From: Bugula neritina
Lineage: Eukaryota; Animalia; Bryozoa
Assembly: GCA_964035545.1 (NCBI GenBank)
Contig: OZ037767.1
Span: 4,976,707-5,040,706 of the forward strand
Direction of reading: 5' to 3'
DNA length: 64,000 bases
Position 1 is the stretch's first letter. Every line of letters starts with the position of its first letter. The notes beneath the pieces are model-generated. The model was not told the origin of the DNA and searched no databases. It was given only the letters and a program-made list of their open reading frames with translations. The translations under genes and the position numbers were made by a program. This document shows, one piece after another, positions 24,501-51,057 of the stretch.

Positions 24501-26655
24501 GTTACGTAGTTTATCACAATATATATGCAGCTCTATACATATAATAACGAATGTATTTAGTTATTTCAAGCAATACAACATGCAGTACATTTATTTAATG
24601 TTACCTCATACTTGTATGTTATATGCAGGTAAATTAGTGGCGGTTATCTTAAACACCAACTTGTAGTTGGTCCATGATTTGTAGCAAATTTTAATATTAT
24701 ATTTAAAGGATTGCTCTATCTTGTCTAATAAATGGCCATTTAGGTCAAACACACATAATATTGTGTTTTTCTAAGCATGCATTGACAAAAAGCATTTGAC
24801 CAAAGGTAGAAAAAGTTAGTTGAAGTTGAGGGTGTAGATTGGTAACAGTCAAAACGCCGATTTTGAAATGAGCTGGGAACTGTGACGTAACAGCGCCAGC
24901 ATTCCTGCTGGTCACGTGACTATACAAATGAATAACTATAGAAATATGACTGTGAGATGTGATCTTTCAGCTCGTAATTTGTATATTTATAGAAGTGCAA
25001 ATGTGAATTATCTCAATCTATAGTTTTTTGACATGTTAAATAACATGTATGTGATAACATTAGGCCATATTTTGCTTGTAAACATAGAAAAAAGCATTGC
25101 AAAAACATGCATTCTTTAGGATGAATGCCTGCGATCGATCTAAACTAGGTCAGATTGTGCAATATTACGGGCGCACCAAAGCTGACCTATATAGCGCACT
25201 GTAACTGCTTGAGCGTTATTGGTTGATGTTGCGCTCAGCAACCTTGAATACTAGCGTTATAGTTAGCACGTGCAGCATAGTTACTGGCGTTCACACGTCA
25301 CGTATTAGGCTATTCTTTTTCATGGCTGAAAATTTTACCTCCCTCAAAATTGGAATTTTGAAAAGCTGTTTTCTAGGCATATATCCCTTTGCAAAGTCAC
25401 AATTGTTTGCATACACATTAGATTATAGTTCATAATTATAATGTGATTGTAATAAACTAAGATAGAGTAATCTTTTAATATTATTATTATATTGTATATA
25501 GAAGAGATTATTTATACCATATAGTGATAAAAGTCTTATATAAATATAGGCTTATAAAATATTTGAAGAATAAAAAACATCCTTATTACATAAATTTCAC
25601 TCTAAGAATATCTGAAATGGCCTCAGGCAATTAATTAACCGTCCTAAAACACTGTAGTTAAAAATTTAATATATCGCTGACAATTTATCTTTTTTACAAT
25701 AGCTACGGCATAGTGATAGCCTGCTTACTAATTTCTTTCTATATACCCTGACCACATGTGTTACATACCAGTAATAATTTTACTATATTAACAATATTGA
25801 ATACAAGTTTGTCTTTGTTCAGGAGTCCAGAGTTACAGTCTTGAGGGGCGTGTGTCTTGCTCCCTCAACTGGTCCAACAGAGATGTCAACTACATAGCCT
25901 ACAACACGGCTATATTCATCTTCGTGTTCTTCATTCCTGTGGTTATCATCATATGTGGCAACTTGACTATGTACAGAGTGGTAATTATACTTTTTGAGAT
26001 ATACCTGTGCAACTTGTAGTTAGAACTCGCACTGTATATAGTATAGTATGAATGGAATAACACCCCACCCGTAAGTTTACACTCTTGCAGGGCCAACTGG
26101 CTTAGCCGTTATAACACCACCAGGTGAATCCTGATAAGGAGGCTGCATGGTGAGGCACATGCAATTTCTAATACGGCTAAACTATCTTAGACGTTACTTT
26201 AGCATTGTCCTGCACTGGCCATTGAATAGCATCAAATCCTAATTTCACACATATCACTTTAACAAATCCTCCAAACCAATTTGCCGGTGTTATTTCTAGA
26301 AGCCACCAGGAAGACCAATGCTAATACCGCTTGTTGGCTAGTTGAATTGTATTTAGAGTTTTTGTCAAATGATTTATTGCTGATATTTTTACATAAACAA
26401 ATCTGTAGATAAATTACCACCCACAGGCCATGACGATGGCCTGTGGGTTGTAATTTATGTACTTTATCTCGTTTTCTTGACAAACTGAGTAATTTGCAAG
26501 CTTGGTTTTGAATTAGTACTTTCTGAATTAAATGAGAAAATATTGCAAATTTTGTTTGTTTGTGTTTTACCATTGCAATAACAAAATATTGAAACTAAAT
26601 ACAATTAACACACACACACACACACAAGCACACAAGCACACAAGCACACAAGCAC

Positions 26656-26721
<66 letters not shown>

Positions 26722-29196
26722 ACATCACATGCACACACACGCACACGCACGCATGCACACGCATGCACACGCATGCACACGCACACATATAATATGTATA
26801 TAATGTGTAGGTGAAGAAATCTCTTATGATGAATGGTAGTAATGCTATGCAGAAACAAAACCAGAAAACAGAGTCCCAGTTGACACGCACCATCATTCTC
26901 TCTACAAGTAAGATACTTTAAACATAAAGCTAACATTTGACTCACTCCGCACCTTTTTTATTAAAGGAGAAATTTCGCTTTATCTGTTAGCAAACTCAAT
27001 ATACAGGGGTAGCTCATTAAGAATTCTAGATCTTCTGATAATTTTCAATTTTATTGATTTGTTTTATCATGTTTATATAAGAATAAAGCAGCCAGAAACC
27101 CATGAATGACACACATAGACTGGTTGTATAATATAATGCTGAAGTGTAGACTGTAGGAGCAGACTGAGTATAATCAAAGCCGTGGCTGGTTGATGTGCTA
27201 TTGTGTATATTTCATACTGCAGGGCTATTTCACTACGATGTAGTCTCATTAACTAATTACTTAGTTATTGTAAAGTTGTTCCATCAACAGACCAATATAC
27301 TGAATATCATTTTATTTTGATGAGAGCTAAAGCTAAAGTTGGTTAATTGGGCTTACAAAATGCTGCTACACAAACTCTAGTTTTAATGTTCTTGATTAGA
27401 GCAATGAATTCACCATCTCCATTTCATATATACTTCATCACACTGTAATTTGTAGTATTTTATTTAATGGCATGGTCTCCGTATGCTTCTATTGCTATGT
27501 GGGCGTCTTTTGGCAACTCGAAGGCCATACCTCCGAACCTCATCACGTGGCTTGCCTTTCTGGCCAAAACATCTTTTGTGTTCAACCCGATAATATACAT
27601 GAGCAATAATGAACAGTACAGGTTGGTGACTTACATGGAGCTTTTACATACTGAAATTAATCCTTATTGTCAAATTGTTGTTGAAGCTTTTTACTATCTT
27701 CTCGAAAAGCATTATTTTAATTCAGAAATGTGACGTAATAGTGAATGCATGTACTAAGGTGGAAGAGGTGAAATGCCAACCCATAAAAAGAGTAGACTAA
27801 ATCATTTATTTATAGTTCTATAGTTGTCTACCTTTTTCTAAAGCATTCCCAAGAGAATTCCTTATTGCATGCAGGAAAACAAAAATATAGTAAAGGTGAT
27901 TTATTTACTATTAATAGAACCTATAAATGTTTAACAAGTTGTCAACCACTGAGACAGTTTAGTTTTAAAGAATACACTCTATGAATAATAAATGGCATTC
28001 CTCTAAAGTATAAGGTTTTCAATATATTTAAAAGAGGCTATTGAGACATGAGAAGACCTCTTCACTTGCGCCAAGCTAATTTGACTTGCAACTTTTATAC
28101 AATTATCTTATTTAATTGCCATAGCAATTCTTTAAGAATATAACTTAATGAGCCTGTGCCATATATGGTATTGCCATGATATTGCCATGAAATTACATTT
28201 ATCCCTAACTAAATTATATCAACAGGAGAATAACAATATATTGCTCTAAATGGGTTCCTTGCAAGCTGAGATAACCTTTACTTATAAAAACAGTTTGCAA
28301 TGAAATGAGATTCTAAATATTTAGTCTTATCACAGCTCAAAGCTGTAATAAAACTTAGTTTAGAGCTTTATTTATAATTTTATAAAAAAAATTCACTTCA
28401 CAAAAGCTATGTATATCTTTAAAAAGGTTGATTATTATTAAAAAAGACTTTATATATACACTTTTAGTTAATAGTTTATATAGCAGTTGTCTGTCCAATA
28501 AGCTGTGATAAACTATACACTATACAGGGTAGCATTAGAACAATGATAAAATATGTATGTACTTTGTAGAAAAGAAATATGCAAACTGATACTGAAAAGA
28601 AACTGGCTGAACAAATGCTGGAAAGATCGACTTAGAAGGGCTTCTACATTAGGGTCTGGAACAGGTAGCTTACTGTAGCATGTGGCTGCCTTCGTTACTT
28701 CCTGTATTTTCTGTGTTTACTGTTGTTACTATGGAGATCATCGGGTTTACTGTAACAATTGAAACATAGATTCAAGATGGGCAGCTTACTCTTTAAACAG
28801 CCCCCCTCTCCCTATCATTACAAAATCTACACAGCTTATTATTAGTCTGCCCAATTACAACAAATAATAACATAAAAACTATAAAACACTTGATAAAATA
28901 AACTAATAGTAGCATGGCATTTTAGCAGTTGAAAGTTTCTCTATAACTTAGTATTGCCATCAACGACTATCTTGTATATTGTAGATAAAATGAACACAGC
29001 ACAAGAAGATTTGCAATCACCAACTACATTGAAATGTAAAACAGCGGCCTATGAATACTCAGTAAGCCCACCGGATTCCTCCAATAATGTCGAAGTCAAA
29101 CAAGAAACACTCTCCTTACTAAATCATGCAACACTAAGTCTGTCAGGGGTGCATAACTCTAAAAGTGCCGTGCTGTACACTAGTCAACAGCTGTAA
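21529..29196 (+). CDS. Opsin (class A GPCR with retinal-binding Lys; NxQ-type, xenopsin/ciliary-opsin-like)
   Basis: 8 exons: 21529-21631, 22722-22931, 23977-24180, 25823-25980, 26811-26907, 27456-27621, 28570-28664, 28985-29196. Motifs LALSD, WIFGNVGCKFHG, ISIERC, YSLEGRVSCSLNW, AWSPYA, FLAKTSFVFNPIIY, NEQYR. Confidence 0.93.
24703..25478. mobile_element. Non-autonomous DNA transposon (MITE) with TTAA target-site duplication, Kolobok-like
   Basis: TTAA|AGGATTGCTCTATCTT ... AAGATAGAGTAATCTT|TTAA: 16-bp terminal inverted repeats (14/16 match), 768-bp body, CpG-richer interior, in opsin intron 3. Confidence 0.75.
26608..26790. repeat. (CA)n compound microsatellite
   Basis: Direct; explains the spurious HTHT/CVCV ORFs. 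Confidence 0.97.
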
Positions 29197-29979
29197 TTCT
29201 CAGCAATAAAATTATATTTGTATAAATTCCTTGTTTGTGCATCTAGAACAATGTATATACAGTCATTTATGTGCAAAATTATTTTGTACTTATGCAATGT
29301 CTATAAAAGTTTTATTATCACTGGATGCAATTGATTAAGAAAATATATAACCATTATGCATGTTTATATGATTTATATTATACAGAATTTTGTCCTGTGT
29401 AAAACAAATGCGGTTATGTAAAGTATTTATGAAAAAAATTAAAATATTTGTTAATGATTTTTAAAGAAATTATTATCCAGGGTAAAATGTAATTATGGTA
29501 GTTTTTTGTCCAAGGTATTAGAAAGATAAACTTGTTGGTTTATAATTTATATATTTACCATGCAATTCAATGTATATAAAATGAAGATATAAATTTGATA
29601 TAAATAGCTTTCATTAATGCTTTGTAGCAATGATTGCAATTTTTTTCTAAATAGAATATGTACTCTCTGTTAAATACATGGCTTAAAAGTTTGCACTTTC
29701 AATTGTGTTTATAAACAAACGTAATTTTATAATGTCAAACATTTTTTTGATCTGGCTTTAATTGAATGTAGACTATCATTTTTGTAACATATGGCAGTAT
29801 TTTATTTGTAATTTATTATAAGTTAAATATATTTAAATTTAAGTGTATTTGAATAATATTATAATTTATAGTATGCAGCAGTCACAACTGAATTGATTTC
29901 AGTTTTCATCTAAAGCTGGAGGGGGGGGGGAGGAGGCTGTTGCAACAATTCAATGTAAAATTCAGCAAAACACCACAAA

Positions 29980-30193
<214 letters not shown>

Positions 30194-30717
30194 TCAGCAA
30201 AGATGCAATCATGGGGAATTTCTTTACAACATCTTCATAGTCACCAACTTTATTAGTCTCTTTTTAGAATACATTTCCTGTTTGTTGTTTATTACAAGGC
30301 ACCACTTGCTATGTTTGAACCCAACAAACAGACTGCAGTTAGACATTCCCACTCTTTACAGAACAGAAAGACATCTGAACATGGTGATGCAGACTAGTTT
30401 AGTCGGTTGTGCGCGGAAGCACTGTTGAGGGGGGGGGGAGGAGGCCATGCAACTAATTTCGGAGTTCAAAAGTAAGGAAGTACCACAGAAGGGTGAGGAA
30501 AAAGCGAAGAGAGCAAGCTGCAACAAGAATTAATTCCTAATTGCTAAACACCAAAAAGGCATTACCATTGTCGATATGAAATAGATGCTTTCTATCTCTA
30601 TAGAAACTGGGAAAGCTAATAATAGTATTATTATTTTATTGGTTATAATAATTGAGAAAAATGAACATAAATGCCTAAAAGCAACGAAATAAATCTATTG
30701 GTTAATTTTGAAATGCC

Positions 30718-30833
30718 TGAAACCACAAAATAATTTTAAAAATGTGTAATATTCATACAATGTTATGTTGAAGCTGCAGCCTCAACATAAACTTATGACA
30801 ATTGAGCATTGTTCTAATTATTTTGTGGTATCA
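30718..30833. repeat. ~115-bp imperfect palindrome (foldback or MITE-like)
   Basis: tgaaaccacaaaataatt...ttatgttgaagCTG|CAGcctcaacataa...aattattttgtggtatca. Confidence 0.75.
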
Positions 30834-31055
30834 CGAATAATTGCTATGAGCAAAAAATTCTTGACTAAAATTGTTATCCAATAAGATGATTATAAGTTAG
30901 CGATGAAGCCATTACCGGCCAATTAAAAAGTTTCGATTGTCTTCCGATTGTTCTTTTTCGTATAAAAGGAAGCAGATTTTGATGAAAAATCAGTCGAGCT
31001 TAATTGTCAAAACCATACCTACAGCTAGAAAGACTACAGAGAAACAATTTAAAAG

Positions 31056-32320
31056 ATGTCCGAAGTAACTACAGAAATTCAGCCCAGTATGATACCAGTG
31101 ATAAGGGAGGAGAGTCAATTGGACTGGAAATCACACCAAAACAGCGAAGACATGTACGTTATTGTCCCAGATAGAAGGCCACCGTCGGACATAGACCATT
31201 ATAGTAAGTAGATTTTATGTTTATAATATTAGTTGTTGTATTCAAACCAAATTCATTATACATGGTGTGGCCCCAGACTGCATTTAAAATAAGAAATGCC
31301 GCAAATAATTCAATAAATTTATATATAGACTGTATATAATTCTCTTGGCCCAAGCATACGTATTTAACTTGTTTCATTGGGCTTAAAGAGTTTAGCTGCA
31401 GTGCTGTAATATGCACTATTTTTTTTTAGTGGATTCCACAGAAAACCTAAAGGATAAGATTTGGTCATTAAACCATAATGGTAAGTATTCAAGACATTTC
31501 AAAACTAACAGCACTGAACATGCCATGGCACAACCATCACGCTAACTACAGAGTATGTTGATATGAATATTCACATTTAAACATGTACAGTATTTCCCAG
31601 AGATAACACTCCATGATTTTGTGATCTTGCAGATACCCATATGGATGCGGTGGCGAATGCCACAGTGCAGGCAATCAAGAAGCGTTACCTGCACTGGAGA
31701 TTGTGGGAAGAAGGAAGACTGGTGTACCCTCTGAAAATGAGAGATCAGCTCCTAAACATGAGTCACCACACCAGACAGGGTACACCAGTCTGGTGTCTTC
31801 CCACAACAGTGGGTAAGTCAATAGTTATGTTGTTGAGATACCAAGCTGATAGGAACATGCTAACAAAGTAACAGCACTTGTATGTATTAGATCGATAACA
31901 AATGCACGAGAGGAAAATATTGTAGTATGTCACCATGCTCAAATATTCATGTAGTATTCGTATTAGTACTATGTTAGTATACTGTTAGTGTATCAACTGT
32001 GTATCTCAATATTTGTAGAAGTGGTTGAAACAGCCCAAGCTGTCACAAGATCTATCGAGCAGGGTGGCCGGCTGAGACGAGCAGATGTAAGGCAGTGGCA
32101 GACCCATGAAGTAAGTATAAGAGTATGCTATTATCTTCTGCATATCTTATATCACTGCTCACTCGCTACTTCGTTTTGTTTTATCATACTTTTGCACCTT
32201 GTAGTAATTTGATTAATTTATTTACAGGAATACAGCACACTAAAAAAAGTGGGTATTTGTGCTGCTGTGGGTCTAGCTGCCACTGCCTTAGGGTATGCTG
32301 CCTATAAAACATTCTTTTGA
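31056..32320 (+). CDS. Unrecognised 187-aa protein with a C-terminal transmembrane tail (tail-anchored)
   Basis: Exons 31056-31203, 31430-31480, 31633-31812, 32019-32110, 32228-32320. All four donors are GTAAGT, phases 1/1/1/0 are consistent, 564 nt is open, it ends KKVGICAAVGLAATALGYAAYKTFF*, and AATAAA follows at ~32438. Confidence 0.8.
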
Positions 32321-33402
32321 GCAGCATACCCGCTCGTCTCAGCCCAGAAGATCTTGGTCACCCTGCGGGCAACCACTTCCACCGGCATTCGTCACCGCGA
32401 AATATATTTGTTATTTATTGTTATGTTTTTTTTGGTAAATAAAAACTTTTTGTCCATGTTCAATGAATGGTTTTGTATTGTACAAAAAATGAAACGGCAT
32501 TTAAAAAATAATTGCATTCAAATTCCATTCCATATTCCAAATCAAAATAATATTACCTGAAATAAAGTAGCACTGTTTGTGAGCATGGTAACAAGCATAT
32601 TATATATTTGACGCTGTCATTGGTCCATTTGGTCAATAAATCAACAATAATGTAAATCTCCCCAAAAGTAATCAACATTACAGGAGTGTTGACCATCAAA
32701 CAGAATAAAATGGAATAATAAGCAAAGCCAGCAGCACAATTGTGCATTAATTCTCTTGCAACTGAGAAACACAGACTCAAAAACCACACTACAGTGTTGT
32801 ATAAATCCCAGTGCAACGTCTTGTTAGTATTGTATTATAATGTATAATCTCTTAGGATCCATATAACATGTACAGGTAGAATGTAGAGACATATAACTTC
32901 ACACAGTTTACAAGTGAACTTCTCGTCCCAAGTCACATTTATATAAGTAAGCATATTATTTTACTATTCTTACAATACCAAAATGCATTTTAGACATCTG
33001 CATAGAGAATAGGTGTTACAAAAGACAATTTATGTCATGACATTACCTGATGTTTATTGATGGGAAATAACAAAAATAATACAAGGAAAAAATAATAGAA
33101 GTCAAGTACCCCAAACAACAAAACTGTTGAAAAATTTGTCTAGTAACATTTTTCAAAAATAAGCATTGCCTAATATAATAGAACTCACAATAAGTAAAGA
33201 TAAGATTGCCTAAACAATTGTACACTAGATGGGTGATCCTTGGGAGCAAGAACCTGCGGATAAATCAGAACTGACAAAATATCTCATAGCATGAGAGTAA
33301 CAGGAGTATATTGTAATTTATATGTAATCTATGGAGAGAACTGGCAGTGATGAGCTTCATTAGCATACAAGATTATGAAAAAATGAAATGAATGCTATGA
33401 TA

Positions 33403-33820
33403 AACCTGCTCACAGGCGACAAGCACCTGCTCACAGGCGACAAGCACCTGCTCACAGGCGACAAGCACCTGCTCAAAGGGGACAAGCACTTGCTCACAGG
33501 CGACAAGCACCTGCTCACAGGCGACAAGCACCTGCTCACAGGCGACAAGCACCTGCTCACAGGTGACAAGCACTCACAATAAGTAAAGATAATATTGCCT
33601 AAAGTCCTAAAAAATTGTACATATGTGATCCTTGGGAACAAGAGCCTGCGGATAAATCTCTCCTTCCAGACTGACATAATCGGATGAGAAGGCGACAAGC
33701 ACCTGCTCACAGGTGACAAACACCTGCTCACAGGTGACAAGCACCTGCTCACAGATGACAAGCACCTGGTCACAGATGACAAGCACCTGCTCACAGATGA
33801 CAAGCATCTGCTCACAGATG
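33403..33820. repeat. 21-bp minisatellite (cacctgctcacaggcgacaag) in two blocks, in the MRP 3' UTR region
   Basis: About 8 units at 33403-33578 and 6 units at 33690-33820; the spacer duplicates 33182-33270. Confidence 0.95.
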
Positions 33821-33832
33821 TCAGGATATAAA

Positions 33833-47940
<14,108 letters not shown>

Positions 47941-48422
47941 CTTTATGGCCATCAAATATTTTGCATACTGAAGACTACTCAATCATACATATGCTTAAAT
48001 AGCACGACAACACAGGGCATCGGCACGAAAGGACGGTATCAGCCTATTCTGTCTGTTCACTCAGGTGTGACGTATCAAATAATTTCCTGTAGATAAGTGT
48101 CCGGGTTTTTCCACCTGCATTGCACCACAATAGAGTAAAGCTGTGTCAGCTATCTGCTAACAAAACACAATTCCTTGAAAATTTTTAAAACTCAACTCAT
48201 GATAAATTAGTTAAGTAAATATTTAAAACTTGCATAGAATCAACAAGCAGTAGGTCATGTCTGAATATTGCAAAACATTGCCATGTTCACATTATGCACA
48301 TTGCACTATCATGGTGATAGGATTGCTCAATGTTTGCACAATATAAACATACAGCTAAACTTTCATGAAAGGTAAGTTTCTGAATAGAATATTTAGCATA
48401 ACTCTTCATCATATTTTGTTAT

Positions 48423-48530
48423 TATGTGTGAATATGTGTGAATATGTGTGAATGTGTGTGAATGTGTGTGAATGTGTGTGACTGTGTGTGACTGTGTATG
48501 TGTGTGTGTATGTGTGTGTGTATGTGTGTG
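48423..48530. repeat. (TGTGTGAATG)/(TG)n compound microsatellite
   Basis: Direct. Confidence 0.9.
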
Positions 48531-48939
48531 CATACATATCTATTTTTAATATATCCTCAAGAGATAGTAATTTCATACCATATTGGCGTTTCTAGAAAGC
48601 TTTTTACCAACCAGCAAATGTAATTAACATAGTGTACAGAGAAAGATTGCTGACAATAATTACATTATAGAAAAACCTAGAAAGTTAAATGGAATTCTCC
48701 TCAAAAAGGTCTAAATAGTATGCACTTTTTTAACAAATTCTCTGAAAACATGAATTAAAAGCTGGCTATTTTGATACCATCTGAACAATAAAGTTATGAA
48801 ACTTGTAATAGACAAATATTCCATTTATTCAAAAGTATAAATTTTCAATATCATCAATGTATTATATATTTATAATATTATAACAATCATAATGCTAGAG
48901 GTTAAAATTTCAGAGCTTTTAATATTAAATATTAATTTA

Positions 48940-50150
48940 TACAATCATAATGTAGCATCACGATGATCAGTGATCATGGTCACTTCGAGTTCATAATCAT
49001 CACCATGGTGACCGCCATGACTGGCTATGATTCTATGACTGATGTGCAACTGCAAGTGCATGTTCAACTTCATTACTTTATTATAATTATTATTATCACC
49101 ACAGACATCATTATCACTATGATTATTCATTAAATTTAAATTCATGGTTATTATTATCATTTATCAGTATCACATTATCATAATCATTATATAAATATCT
49201 ATCTGTTAGTGTTATCAATACCTCACTACGATTATGATATAAATTTAATTTTAATAAACTTAAAGTGATGATCAGTGTAAGACTAAGCGTAAATGTAAGA
49301 ACTACCACTGTAAATTAAAATATAATCAGATTTACTATAAATTTACCATTATGATTATCACTGTGATAAACTTAAACTTAAAATGATTATGTTCATGTTA
49401 ACGTTACTATTATGAATTATAAGATCATAAGTTTTAGTTACAGTTATGTTAAACTTAAGGAGGAGGAAGGAGGAAAAACCGACGCATCAGCCTTCTCCTA
49501 AAAATATTGTCTAAGGAAGAACTACATCCAACTCTGAGTGCTGCCTATGATGATTTTCTAGATCAGCGGACCACAAGCACTGTACAGACTCGGTCTCAGG
49601 TTTCAGGATTTCCCAGATCAGTGAGAGCGAACAGGAATGGGTATCTTTATAGTTTTCTCCCAAGAACAATATGAATAAGAGATATGAGGATCAGCACTGA
49701 TCACACACAGACAGGCTAGTTAGCCTGTTAAGTTAATCTGCACAAGAATGTTAACACTTTTTAGACTACTGTCCAAGTACTGACAACCTAGTTTTTTATA
49801 TGAGGCACACCCCTTCTTCCCTCTACGGAGGTCCAGTGTGGAAATAACATCGACAGGTATCATAATCATAATGATAATCATAATGTTAAACTTAAAGTTA
49901 AAGTAAAAGTTAAACTTGGAACTATCAATTAGATAAAAAATAACTATAACTCATTAACTGTATAAGCTTGAAGTTAAACTTAAAGTTTAGTACTATTAGT
50001 ATTACTATTACTATTACTATTAGTATTAGTGTTAGACATTAGTATTACTATTAGAGATTAAATAAAATTTTAAACTTCAAGCCTAGCAGTAGCAATAGCA
50101 TAAATACTAAATAACCAAAACTAATAAACCAGCTATTTTAATTCATAAAT
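48940..50150. repeat. Degenerate 6-nt periodic tract on the MRP side of the MRP/GCDH divergent promoter (interrupted at ~49458-49858)
   Basis: tcataatcataatgataatcataatg; ttaaacttaaagttaaagtaaaagttaaac; ttactattactattagtattagtg. The spurious ORFs show alternating residues (LTFTLSLTLIITLSL). Confidence 0.75.
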
Positions 50151-50199
50151 AGTTTTATAACACTAACAACAAAACTTTGAGTTTGTTGCTTCATTTTAA

Positions 50200-50427
50200 C
50201 TAATTTATTATTTTCATGCGTGTTTAGGAATTTCTTGCAAAATCGGCATGCTGAACAACCTTTTGTTTCAAAGTGGTAGAATGCAATAACCAATGAGGAT
50301 TTGAGAACAGCGCCTATACAAATAGAGCGAATCAAATGTATTTTAACAAAATTGTGCTATGGTCTGATTCCATTTTAGTCTTTTTAAAACTAAAAACATT
50401 TCATTGGTCCACTTGAGTTACGTAAGT
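50200..50427. promoter_or_regulatory. Putative bidirectional promoter core and GCDH non-coding exon 1
   Basis: Lies between head-to-head MRP and GCDH; has CpGs, CCAAT/ATTGG, a donor C|GTAAGT at 50422 and an acceptor at 51052 just before the GCDH ATG. Confidence 0.55.
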
Positions 50428-50479
50428 CATCTAATCACTGTGTTACATTTTAATGAAATATTTAGGATTGTGAAATAAA

Positions 50480-50860
50480 CTATACTAATTATTATATTTA
50501 TTATGTGATTATAAAATATAAACTATCATCGACGTTCTATGATGAACTTACTTTTCTAGTATACTAATTATTAACATTATAATTATTCTCAGTATCGGTC
50601 TCAGTAGCCGTAAGACCATCATTTTTATTTCATGGTGATGGTATCACTATGACCATCATACTCCTACTGACTATCACTATCAGGATCACTACTAAAATTA
50701 ATTAAATTTTTGGAAAAAATATACCTTGGGTTTTATTTCCTATTTTAGCTATAACTTAGTTTTAGCTAAGTTTGCAAGCTTAATTCAATAATTGTATTTT
50801 AAATGTTTGTATATAATATTTTTTATTAATATTTAAGTTTCATACTGATTACACTTATGA
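50480..50860. repeat. Degenerate 6-nt periodic tract in the GCDH first intron
   Basis: tctcagtatcggtctcagtagccg; atggtgatggtatcactatgaccatcatactcctactgactatcactatcagg. Confidence 0.65.
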
Positions 50861-51057
50861 AAACTAGTAAGCTGTGGTTCTCTTAATTTGTAGCATAAGT
50901 GCTATTTGGCATTTGTCATTATGATTAAAGTTTTTGCCGTGCCTCATCGTTGAACATTTGTATGTATCATGTGTAATTCTACGTATGCCTGCTTGTATAC
51001 ACACAATATGTGCTCCATGTAATTAAAGTTATTTAATAATTATATTTTGTAGGCAAT

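Noticed and set aside
26532-26945. His-Thr / Cys-Val rich ORFs
   Set aside because: Translation of a (CA)n microsatellite
48945-49308. ORFs with alternating hydrophobic residues
   Set aside because: Artefact of the 6-nt periodic DNA; used only as evidence for the periodicity
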